From the NCBI GenBank assembly GCA_050084515.1, contig CM114271.1, forward strand, positions 34,782,001 through 34,846,000: DNA of 64,000 nucleotides, read 5' to 3'. Numbering within the stretch: the stretch's first letter is position 1; each line of letters starts with the position of its first letter. Shown piece after piece: positions 38,621 through 50,577 of this stretch. Source of the stretch: Blasia pusilla. Lineage: Eukaryota. The translations under genes and the position numbers were made by a program. A model generated the notes under the pieces. The model was not told the origin of the DNA. It ran no database searches and saw only the letters and a list, made by a program, of their open reading frames with translations.

Positions 38621-41540
38621 CTATACACATCTCGGACACATCCATCGTCCCGTGGGAACTACATCAAGAGGGGGGGGGTAGACATGACATATGCCACCCT
38701 TGAGAACAACCATCACATACCAACATGGTGGTTGCACCCCTCGCAGATCCGCACAACATACACCTCAAGCATGTAGGTACCACTACCAAGCTCATATACA
38801 CTGTCTCGTCCACGTTCAGAAGGTGACATTCGTATAGTTGCGCACATGATCCTTCCAAACCATACCATCCCCTCTCTAAACCATGAGGACTCCGGTCGGT
38901 AATACCTTGCGCACACGTAGGATTGTGCACCCTGCAGTGACATCTAGCATCGTGGGTACTGCCTGCTGTAAATACATGTAATCTCTAGAATGAAACCTCC
39001 TAATCCCTGGACGATAGCCTCCTCCACGAATGGTAGAGTACCTCAATGTATCCCTATGTTGAGGAATAGCTAAGTTCTCAAAGGCCATGGGCATAACTCT
39101 ACAAAAAATCTCCGCCCTCTGAGAACACGCTTGTACCCACACATCTGGATCATCAAGATCTAACACCTTTGCCATGTCACGTTGAATAGTTGCAGGTAAA
39201 TATGGCTCTCTCCCAAAGAGCAAAAAGTACCGGGAAAATGACGCCAAGGATGCTTGCTGATTAAAGCAATAATCCATAACCAACCATGGCAATTGTAGAT
39301 CCCACCCTGGTCAGTCAACACCTCCGCTAGTGCACCAAACTGACTAAGCACATGATCTAGAAATGCATAAGCTGTTCCCTTGCTCGTCTTGTCTGGTAGT
39401 GCCATCAACTCTATTCACTTGGAGAAATGGTCCACCATGATCAACACATACCTGTGATGACGCCCCGTCAATGGCAAAGGTCCTGTGAAGTCTAAACTCC
39501 ATCGATAACCTAAACCCATAATTGGCAAAGGATGTAACTACGAAGTGGGAGCATTGAAGGATGCTCACATACCATACATCTAGCCACAAATTGATGTACC
39601 CCAGTATGCATGCCGCGCCACCAATATTAAACTTGAAGTAAGCTGTAAGTATGCTTAACTCCAAAATTCCCTAACTCCTGATAGGCATGTCGTACTACAC
39701 ATGCTCGCTAGGAACGATGAGGTACCACTTGTATCCTACCATCTCCCCATACCCAAAAATTGTGAGTCTCCTCCCACTTGAACCTCTTGGCTCTTAGTAG
39801 GATCCGATCCTACTCCCTAGCACTCACTGTGCTCGCTATGATGCCAGTATGCAAGAACTCCAAAACCTCCACGTCGTCATGGATATCACTACCACGTGTC
39901 GTCTCCTCACTGACCTCCCGATCCAAAGACTCATCATTTGACCCTACCACTAGAGTCACCGCTTGCAGCTAACTTGCCATAGTCAACCAACAAAGATAGG
40001 CAAATGCATGCCAACCAGGCACCATCTCCTCATCACTCTCTCCATGCCATCAAGCTCCTGTGTCGTCTCTCTGAATCGGACATGGGTTACGACTCAACCT
40101 ATCCGCATCTTGGTTCAGCCGACCTGGCCTGCGAACCACCTCAAACTCATACTCTTGTAGTAATAGAGCCCACCTGGCAAGCTTTCTTGTAAGCTTTTCG
40201 GACTCCATCAACCACCTCAACGGATGATGATCAGTGATAAGTGTGAAAGGGTTGCCGAATAGATAGCACAATGAAATGTGCCACAATCCACACAGCAACC
40301 AAGCTCTCTCCCTCGTAGGAGTTGTACTTCGCCTCTGCAATGTTGTTTGATTGGCTCGCGTAAGCCACAATGAATTCCTTCTCCTCGTCATCCCTCTGAG
40401 TAAGCACTCCTCCTAGATCCAACATGCTCCAATTTGTATGTAATTGGAATTAATGGGCGACCCCTAATTAGTCTCTGTAAAATGGGTTAGGATGTCAACC
40501 TGTCCTTGAGCTCCTGAAATGCTCGCTCCTAATCATCTCCCCACAACCAAACCTGGTCAAGTCCCGTTAGCAAGGTCAAAGACTTCGCGATTGCACTAAA
40601 ACCCTTGACATACCATCGATAGAAGTTTGCCAGTCCCAGAAACGCTCAAACCCGACTCACATCTGTAGGGCGTGGAATCTGCGCAATAGCCTCCATCTTT
40701 GTCTACTGAACACCTAACCCACTTGGGTATATGGTGTGTCCCAAGAACTCAATCTGCTCCAGAAAGAATCTGCACTTTCCTGGATGTAACTTCAATCCAT
40801 GTAACTGCAATCTCTGAAGCGCCTCCTCCAAGTGTCGCTCATGCTCCTCAACTGTGGAACTGAAGATAAGAATATCATCTATGTAACACCGTACAAAATT
40901 CAAGCCAGCCAGAATTATATCCATCACTCTATGAAACTCCGCACGCACATTCTTTAACCCAAATGGTAAGAACCGCCATTGATACAAGCAAACTCTCCCA
41001 AACCAATCTATCCCCGAGAATGTTGTCCTCAATGTTATCTTCTCCCTGTCTTCCAATCTGATAGAAAGCTAATGATAGCTGGAGATCTAAAGTATTGAAG
41101 ATCTTTGCATGCCCTACCGCATCAAAGATCTCCTCAGGAGCAAGCATGGCATATCGATCTGACTTCGTCTATCGGTTGAAAGGTCGGTAATCCCCGCATA
41201 TCCGCCTATCCGTCCAATTGCCATTTATATCCTTCTTTGTCGGCATGATTGTGGCAGATGCATACTCCCCATGTAATAACTCCACAAGTCTTGCCTCCAA
41301 CAAGTCCTAACTCCTACTCTAAATCAAGGCTCGCACCATATTAGAATACCTGTAGGGTGGACAAAAGATCGGCGTATCACTAGCCAACTCAATCCATATC
41401 CCGAGACCCTTCAGCGTACCCAAGTCTCTCATACTAAAAGAAAAGCAACTGACATGCCCTCTCAAAAACCTATGAACTCGCCGTTGCTCTCCTCCTATCA
41501 ACTTGAGACCTATCACAGACTCCCAAGTCTCCATTATGAC
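38621..41540 (-). pseudogene. pol region (RT, RNase H, integrase, PHD finger) of the Gypsy-like element
   Basis: ORF fragments 41319-41534, 40703-41056, 40050-40391, 39160-39408, 38876-39292 and 38664-38930. Ends WMCPRCV-stop at 38621. Confidence 0.9.
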
Positions 41541-41849
41541 CTCACTTGGAGAGGACGCAACCTCCGGCTTTGGTTGCTATGTAGCAACCCTAGCCACCTC
41601 CGCAACAACCACTCCACTCTGACCTCCTACACCATGCTCCACATCTGAAAAATGAACATGTGCTGCTCTGGCCGCCTTCACACTCTCTGCTCAAACGACA
41701 TCCTAGGAAGTCCATGGGTGCTTATCTCTCCTCGTCCGTCCCCAGCCAATGCCTATACAGACCTTGTAGGCAATGCTGGAACTCGTGGACATGACGACAT
41801 GGATGATATGCGCATTCGTCTCTACTCACCCATACAAAGGCTAACTATC

Positions 41850-42765
41850 CATGTGAGAAAGTTGAGGCCCATTGCCTGCCCCAACACCTATCTCCATGAT
41901 GCCTCAGTCATACCCGTCACCGCCGTAGTATCCGTAGCGAACCCCATGGTGCGCTCGCGCTCATCCGGATTACCTCATCCCAAATCATGCATGACTCTCC
42001 TTGACAAAAGGCATGAGATATTGGGAAGCTCACCAACGTAGATAAGGTTGCCTTCAACTCCTTCACCGTATTGGCTATCGCCAACGGTGGTCTATCATCC
42101 CGCGTCACCACTTGAGACAGACACCTAGAGCCCAAAATAGCATCCACTGTGAGATGTGGTGCTCTCTGAACTCCATTGTATGCTCAACTCTGTACCTCTT
42201 ATGGTATTAGCTTCGTCCAGCACAATTGTGGATGGTGGGCGTCTGATCCAACTCTCGCTACATCTAACAACACAAAAGGTCCTAACCATAACCTCACCTG
42301 ATGCATACTGGTCATCACACGTGCACGAGTGTCTCCCAACAATGGAACGTTCTCCAAAATGTAGGCCGGAGAACATGTTTGACTCTCTTGCAAGTGTCGC
42401 ACTACTCATAGCATCTCCCAAAATATCCCTGACCTCAGATCCTGCAATCCAACCTCGGCCAGTCGATGAATGACCCTCACATGGCCATCCAGCAATCAGC
42501 AAATGAATGGTGCCAACTCTATCTAGATCCTCTGCCCCCACCAAAGAGATGTCGGCGGGTAGTGTATGTTGATACCCCCATACTGCAAATACTGGCAACA
42601 ACCCAGGATACCTCTGGACCAATCTCGCCAAGTGACGTAATGATACTCGCCGTGCGGTCTTATCTCTCTCCACATAAAGGTACGGATGCACCCGTATGCC
42701 CGCCTGCAACACCACAGCTAATCCGGTGCTAATCCCTCCAAAGAGATCACCACTGGATATCACAC
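41850..42765 (-). pseudogene. Retrotransposon-borne DNA (cytosine-5) methyltransferase domain
   Basis: Motif I DLFGGIS, motif IV AGWPCEGHS, motif VI ILENV, motif VIII-like DAHHPQLCW, motifs IX-X DERERTMGF...VLGQAM, in canonical order across frameshifts. Confidence 0.9.
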
Positions 42766-43269
42766 AATGGGTGTGGTATCCAATGGTGTCAACATCTCCA
42801 CTCCAGAAGCCCGATCGCCACCTGACTCTCGTTGCTCCGGGATAAAGGCATGACTCCACGCCTGCCTCACGAGGTCGTCAACACTCCTCTATAGCTCTCA
42901 AGTCGTACCCTACAATCGCGAAGAGGTCTCATCAACATGGGAATAGACACCTGCCATGGCTTGTGTCTCCATGGGACTATCCGCTACTAGGACATCCTCC
43001 GCATGTGCATTCCCCTTTAACTATCTCTGAATGAGAGGCAGTCAACTCTCCACGTTCACACAACATGATGGCCAGCCGGAATACCTCAGCTGGTCCAACT
43101 CCCAACGTCACCAACTCTATGGCAGAAAATAACTGAGCCTGGCTTACCCTGGTGACCACCTCCAACACTGTGGTTGACACTGACTCCACTCGAGCTCGCA
43201 TAGGAGCTGCCACTCCAACTCCTCGTGACATTGATGCACCTGCCTGACCTGTAGGCAGCACTGGTCGTC

Positions 43270-44984
43270 AAGGCACCATCAATGGTGTGTGAAGTGCCTC
43301 TGACAACATGAACAATTGTGGAACCCTAGCTTGCCGCCCATCGGTCCCCTCTGCTGGGTCAATCTCAACTCCACCTCTCAATGGCTTAGTGCCTCTCGTA
43401 GCATCCCAAGTTACCACCACAGTAGCCTCAACCTGAGCCGCACTACACATAAACCCCATATTAGCAAGATCCTCACCCGGATCAGAGTAAGAGGTAGAAG
43501 CTGGAGCCACACTAGCTACTCTCGGCTCCCTGCCTTCCCTGAGCTGCATCATCGTCATGGTAGCAATCCTCTGCTCCAATTGATTGATGCGCAAGAGAAG
43601 CGCCGTCTCTTGTGCTCCCGCTCCATCTCCTCTGGCAAGTGGTGGTCTTCTACCACCACATCCAACAAAAACTCCTCGACCTCCTCCAGGTTGACCGCCC
43701 CCACGCCCTTGGCCTACCTCTGGACGTGCCTCTCGATACAGGTCAAAACATCTATCCCTAGTGTGACCATATCTGTGGCAATAGTCACACTCGTACTGTG
43801 GTGGGGCCATCCTCTATGGCTCCTGAGCAATCGGAGGCGCTCGTGGTCCTCTCCCATGCTATGGGCAGTCTTTCTACCTATGGGCCCCTCCATACGTCCA
43901 ACAAGACAACATCGGTCCCTGCTGGGCAACATATGTAGGTCGGGTCGTTGCCTCATAGGCTCACGGTACCCGCCCTGCTCTTTGGGCACACTGGCCCGCT
44001 CCCGTTGTCGTGGTGCTCGCTGTGGCAAGTGTGGGGTTACCGTCGCTCGTGGACCCGTCAACTCTCAAGAAAATCCAGTGGTCACTACCTCCTCATCACT
44101 CATGTTGAGCTCAATACGCTCAGACAAATCAAAGACCACCTTCAATGTGAGCTTCGCCATGTGAATCAGCACCGCATTTGGACTTTCCTCCGGAGTTCTC
44201 GGTCCAGAACCCTGTACCAGTACTAGATTGACTACGCCTCAATCACTCCATAAGTAACAATGATCACCCTCCTCATGCGCGTGAATGCCTCTCTTAGACT
44301 CTTACCCAATCATTGCTTAAAATCTTGTAGACTCTTCAGCTTGCTGGTACGTAGGCCCTAGTAGCTCTTTCCCAACTGTCAGAAGAACTTCACTAAGGGA
44401 CTGAAGCTGGGTGGCCCTCTACCACCAAAGCTCTCTGCCATATTTCTTGTCTCACTGCCCTCCTCTCCATCTAGTCTCTAGGCTCATGGTGTGGGTCTCT
44501 CTCCTCTCACAATCCCATCATATGCCTCACAACCACTAGTGGACACATAGCCTCGAGCCCAATATATCCTCCACGCATCAATCTCTTCTAAATATAGTGA
44601 TCAAAGCTCCATGTAATCATTCATCGGAGGATGCTCCAAGTGTTGGAACAACCCCTTCCATGCCATGAAAGGGTTGAACCGTGTCGGGGTCCATATCTCC
44701 TCGAAATCGCATCATGTGTCGAACTCCTGGATGAAGTCATCTAAGTTGATGGTGCCTACTGCACCTGAGAAATGACGCACGCCTTGGTGGCCCATATCGT
44801 CAATCTCCTCCCAATTGACACTACCTCCGTCTGCGATCTAGTCACCAGATTCGCTATCCACTGATGAAGATCCAGCCACAGATGGAAGTCGAGTTAGCTC
44901 CTCACTCGTAACCCTTCGATATCTCACTTCACCCCGTGTCACACCACTACTACTGCTCGCACTACCCGATTCTTCCGAACCCAT
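43270..44984 (-). pseudogene. gag of the Gypsy-like element
   Basis: LDDFIQEFDT...FMAWKGLFQHLE capsid-like segment, CCHC knuckle and RGG-rich tail. Many stops. Confidence 0.75.
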
Positions 44985-46321
44985 GAAGAATGCCGTAATG
45001 AAAACCCTGTCTCACCCGCTCAAGCACTCAGACTCACCACGAGTCTCCCATACTCCTCACTAGCTCACCTAGGCTAATGGTAATCTTGTGACGACACATA
45101 TGTCCTCATGCACACTTAACACTCGGGCTCACCATAAGCCTCCCAAATAACTCACCTAAACTGCTGACACTCTCGGGTCATACATGTGACCCCTACTCGG
45201 CAACCGACATATATCCACAGACATGCTACACATGCATGGAGACTACACTCGTCACCATCGCTACACCCATCTAACCTCAACAACTACCCAATACCCAGCA
45301 CTCTCAATCACATAAGATAAGCGTGGGAAAAGGGACCCAAAAGGGTAACCTGATCACGCCCTCCAACCTACGACACCGTCAACACTCACTCCTCCATGTG
45401 GTACGGCAACCTCCGCAAAATGATACTCTCCTCGACACGCGTCAAACCTTTCATCATTGGATGCAAACTATTGTCGGCATCGACACGTGTGTCTCCATCA
45501 CAACCCTCGCAAATCCCAATCAGTGAAGAACTAATGAGTCAACCCCCAATTGACTCGTAATAGCTACCAAACTCCCATCGCAAATCCCACCATGCTCGCG
45601 CAATACCAAGTCTCAAAATGCTCTCCTACTACGTAACTCAACGCAGTCACATCCGCCCCCTCAAACTGGTAGCCTGAACCAACCGCGTCTGAATCCTTGC
45701 CCTACCATGTCCGCTATTGCCTCTACCACGTCGGCCTGACCTTACTACGTCCTTTCGACTGCCCACGTCGGCCCTGCTCGACTACGTCAACCTTGACCCC
45801 GACCACATCCGGTTTGCCTACCACGTCCATATTTTGACTACGTTGGGCACCTACCACGTCGTGAGGAAGACGCCGACCACGTCCGGAAAAGGAGGAGGGG
45901 GGAATGGCCCTTGGCTTGTGCCCCAAATCAGACTTTTGACTCCCGATGTACTCTGTCATGCCCTGCCCTCTTCCGTCTTTGACCTAACCCTAGCCCTAGG
46001 CAGCTACGCCCTAGCCTGGCCGCCTTTACTTGACAATCCCTGACAGCTACAAGTCAGGTTTCAAATTCCTCTTCTCCTTCTCCCGTTACTCTCGTCGATA
46101 CACTTGCCGCCCCACTTTGCGCTATGCCAAGCCGTTGTCCCCCGTCAACTTGCACTAGAGAAATTTGAGAAAAACATAGAGTGCTTCCACGCACAGCCTT
46201 TTGAACAAAAAAATGACAACAAAACGTCAACTAGAGTCTCCAGGGGCTCCCGGTCGAGGCAACTCGCTTGCCTACCTGCAACCAACGAATTCCCACCAGC
46301 CCCCTGACATCTTTCTCATGT

Positions 46322-46803
46322 AAAAATAAATAGTAGTAAAAATGGCACACCCGGCCTAAAACTCCACTCCTCAATCTACATCGGTATATCGGGCCTCGTC
46401 CACCCTGTGCTATCAAGGAATCCAGACGCTAGCACCCAGTCCTAACTCACACACACGAGCAAGAATGGTACTCCAACGGCCCAACATGAGAATGATAGCT
46501 TGGGAAAACCATCTTCCTCCCTTATATAGGGTTGGAAAGAGCCAAAAGGCTCTTCTCCTAAAAATAGCTATCCTCGTGGTAACCTGCCCGTACAAGTTAC
46601 CAAGGGTGGATGACTTGCTCAACAAGTCATCCGGTTTTGAAAGACCTCAACATGAAATTTGTCAGAAACGATGGTCGTGACACAACTGAAACCTATCATC
46701 AACCTCATCCGACACCTCGGGACAAAGTTACACTCAAGATTGTCTGCTGGATCCTATGTCTTATCCATGATAGATCTCGGCCTATCGCTACTCAGATGTG
46801 ACA
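46322..46803 (-). repeat. 5' terminal repeat A1 of the Gypsy-like element
   Basis: Aligns to 37918-38398 only. No B segment is adjacent. Confidence 0.9.
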
Positions 46804-48239
46804 GAGTTCATGAAATGGATGAAAGTTTTCTCTTGGGTTATAAGTCCTTGGATAAGGTGGAAGGTACGATAATTCAAAGGTTTGACATAAATTTAAATAT
46901 TTTGCTTATTAATATTAGAAGTATTTGCATATATTCGAACATCTTGAACTTATACTTCATATAAGGAGTTCTGATTAATTGTTTTATAAAATAATTAATA
47001 TCCAAGAAGTGTATTTTGAAATTTTGTTTCCAAATTATTGTTTGATTTTCCCTATACTAAGGTAAGTTTTCCATAGAAACGAGGGATTTTAAATCAATTT
47101 TAATTTTTTATTAAAAAAAACTATTTCCTGAAAATTTTTGTAGCCCTTCTATTTATTTTTTCATTTTTTTAATTTAAATTAATATTTCAGCATTTAGGAA
47201 AAAACCTATACTTGTAATTTCAGGTTAATTTTGGAAGTGAAAATACAGATGACTTTAGAACTACGTCATTTAATGTATTTTTCAAGTTTTTTTTGTCAAG
47301 GATTTTTTAAGAAAATTTTGAGACAAACTTGGGATCAAAATGATTTTTAACTAATTGAGAAACGTTGGAGACCACTATCAAATCTGTCCATGAATTTATG
47401 ATTTCTTTTTAGGTTTATCCTATACTAAGCAAAAATAAGAATGGGTAAGGTCGTAATAATAGTTAGTTAATTTTAATTAACTCAAATTCAAACATCTTCC
47501 CCATGAAATCTTCTAGAGTTTTTTTCATTTTTTTAATCTTTCCTCATTTGAGAAATTATTTTTTGTAGGTGAATGCAAACATAATTTAAAGTTTAGTTTT
47601 GAGGGGAAATCAAATTTTCTTTTGGGAAAAAATGAAAAGGATAATAGGATAGTAATGGGAGAAGAATTATTCTTCGAAATAAAGGAAGACATATTATTTC
47701 TATAAGATTTTAACTTTCAAGTTAGATTGGGGGGAAATTTAATGCCTCTTTTGGGAAATAAATTCATCAAAATAAGTGGTTTTCTTTTATTTATTGAAAG
47801 ATGGGGATTGGGTAAAAGGATGAATTTTTTATAAAATTTTAATAAAGGAAAATTATGTTTTAATTAAATTATAAAAGAAAATAATGTTTGAATTACGTTT
47901 AGTGAAAAATATTGCATGGGATAAAATTAGAAAGGGATTTGGGTGCAAATGGAAACAAAATTTACTTATTAATTCATATTTTATTTAATACTATAATAAG
48001 TGAATATAAATATTACTAAATTATTAAAAAAAATTAGATAAATAAATAATTTGTACCTTAATTCATATGTAATGGAAAGGGAAATTGAATTTTAATGGAA
48101 AAGAAATAGATTTGGTTCGAATTTTATAGAAGGATGAATTTACGTACGGGACTAGGATATCATTTATATTTGAATTGAGGAGTGTAATTACTTACAAGAA
48201 TGAAATGTAATAATTCTTCTAAGATTTTTTAGAAGACCG

Positions 48240-50577
48240 CAAATGGTCCCCAAGTTACATCTATCACTCTTGCAAATTATCAACCCAAATGAAGTTGTGA
48301 CCACAATCTAAAAAATGACCTTCTTGGACCCAAAGCACTAAACCTTGAATGAAAAAAAAAAGGTCTTTTAATTTTTCATCTTGTCCAACTTTCCCATCTT
48401 AAGCTGAAATTTAGCCCATATAGTCTCCAAGCTGCATCTAGAACTCTTGTTAGGTTTCAAGCAAAATCGAGTTGAGACCACAAGCTCAAAAATTGGTAAG
48501 TCCTTTTTTGACCCAAACCATGAGACCTTCTATCAAAACAAGGTTTTTTTTCATTTTTCATCTTGTCCAAATTTCCCATATTCAGCTGAAATTTGGCCCA
48601 TATGGTCCCCAAGGTGCATGTTCCACTCTTGCTAAGTTTCAAGAAAAATGGAGTTGTGACCAAAACCTCAAAAAATAACTCCTTTTTGGACCCGAACCAT
48701 CAAACCTTGAATGAAAATAGGGTTTTTTTATTTTTCATCTTGTCCAACTTTCCCATCTTGGGTTGAGATTTGGCCCACATAGTCCCCAAGGTGCATGTTC
48801 CTTTCTTGCCAAGTTTCAAGCAAAATGGATTTTTGCGTAAAAACCTCAAAAATTAATAACCCCTTGTTGGACTCGAACCATCAAACCTTGAATGAAAATA
48901 GGGTTTTTAAATTTTTCATCTTGTCCAACTCTCCCATCTTGAACTTAAATTTGGCCCACATTGGCATCAAGGTGCGTGTTCCACTCTTGCAAAGTTTCAC
49001 CCACACTGGAGTTGTCAGCAAAACCTCAAAATTTGGTAAGTCCTTTTTGGACCCGAATCATGACCTTGAATGAAAATGTGGTTTTCTAATTTTTCGTTTT
49101 GTCCAACTCTCCCATCTTAAACTGAAATTGGGCGCACATTGTCCTCAAGATGCATGTTCTACTCTTCCAAAGTTTCACCCATAGTGGAATTTTGAGCAAA
49201 ACCTCAAAAATTGGTAAGTCCTTTTTGGACCCGAACCATCTTACCTTCTCTCAAAATAAGAATTTTTTCATTTTTCATCTTGTCCAACTCTCCCATCTTG
49301 AGCTGAGATTTGGTCCACATGGTCTCCAATGTGCATCTAGCACTCTTCCCAAGTTTCATGAAAAAAAGAGTTGGGACCACAAGCTCAAAAATTGGTAAGT
49401 CCTTTTTGGACCCGAGCCATGAGACCTTCAATCAAATTAAGATTTTCTCATTTTTCATCTTGTCCAAATTTCCCATCTTAAGCTGAAATTTGGCCCAGAT
49501 GGTCTCCAAGGTGCATCTAGCACTCTTGCAAAGTTTCAAGAAAAATTGAGTTGGGACCACAAGCTCAAAAATTGGTAAGTTATTTTTGGATCCGAACCAC
49601 GAGACCTTCTATCAAAATAAGGTTTTTTTTATTTTTCATCTTGTCCGAATTTTCCATCTTGAGCTGAAATTTGGCCCACATGGTTGCCAAGGTGCATGTT
49701 CCACGCTTATCAAGTTTCAAGAAAAATAAAGTTTTGAGCAGAACCTCCAAAATTAATAACTTCTTTTTGGACCCAAACCATTACATCTTCTATCAAAATA
49801 AGGCTTTTGCATTTTTCATCTTGTTTGGTTTTCCTATCTTGAGCTGAAATTTAGTCCACATAGTCTCCAAGATGCATCTAACACTTTTACCAAGTTTCAA
49901 GAAAAATGGAGTTGGGACCACAAGCTCAAAAATGGGTAAGTCCTTTTTGGACCCTAACCATGAGACCTTCAATCAAAAGAAGGTTTCTTTATTTTTCCTC
50001 TTGTCCAACTTTCCCATCTTGAGCTGAAATTTGGCCCACATGGTCCCCAAGGTGCATCTTCCACTCTAACCAAGTTTCAAGTAAAATGGAGTTGTAAGAA
50101 AAACATCAAAAATTAATAACTTCTTTTTGGACCCGAACCATTAGACCTTAAATGAAAATAGGGTTTTTAATTTTTCATCTTGTCCAAATCTCCCACCTTA
50201 ATTTTGCCCGAACCATGAGACCTTTTATCAAAATAAGGTTTTTTCATTTTTCATCTTGTCCAACTTTCCCATCTTGAGTTGAAATTTGGCCCACATGGTC
50301 TCCAAGGTGCATGTTCCACTCTAGCCAAGTTTCAAGAAAAATTGAGTTGTGAGCAAAACCTCAAAAATTAATAACTCCTTTTTGGACCCAAACCTTTAGA
50401 GCTTTTATCACAATAAGATTTTTTCATTTTTTATCTTGTCTAAATTTTCCATCTGGAGTTGACATTTGGTCCCCATGGTCTCCAAGGTTTATCTAGCACT
50501 TTTGCCAAGTTTCAAGCAAAATAGAGTTGGGACCACTAGCTCAAAAATTGTTAAGTCCTTTCTGGACCCGAACCATT
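48240..50577. repeat. Tandem array of a ~180-bp unit, about 13 diverged copies
   Basis: ATTTTTCATCTTGTCCAA-like anchor recurs near 48371, 48553, 48730, 48911, 49089, 49270, 49451, 49631, 49811, 49991, 50170, 50246 (shortened unit) and 50426. Confidence 0.93.

Larger units (their letters stand above)
37784..46803 (-). mobile_element. Ty3/Gypsy-type retrotransposon with split direct repeats, encoding gag, C5-DNA methyltransferase, RT, RNase H, integrase and PHD finger (decayed)
   Basis: TG...CA outer termini with GAGT duplicated at 37780-37783 and 46804-46807. gag zinc knuckle CDYCHRYGHTRDRC, RT (FLPFGLKN, YIDDIL), RNase H (YNSYEGE, ITDH, DADRLSR), IN (VLTDQG) and PHD in Gypsy order. Repeats 37784-37917 ~ 38401-38540 and 37918-38398 ~ 46322-46803. 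Confidence 0.93.

Noticed and set aside
43316-44164. 282-aa plus-strand ORF
   Set aside because: Antisense shadow of the GC-rich gag region with no recognisable motifs.
46280-46321. tRNA primer-binding site after repeat A1
   Set aside because: No convincing TGG-initiated tRNA complement directly adjoins the repeat, so the priming mode is unresolved.
48240-50577. Regularly spaced repeats as a CRISPR array
   Set aside because: Whole ~180-bp units are homologous, there are no unique spacers or cas genes, and the context is eukaryotic.
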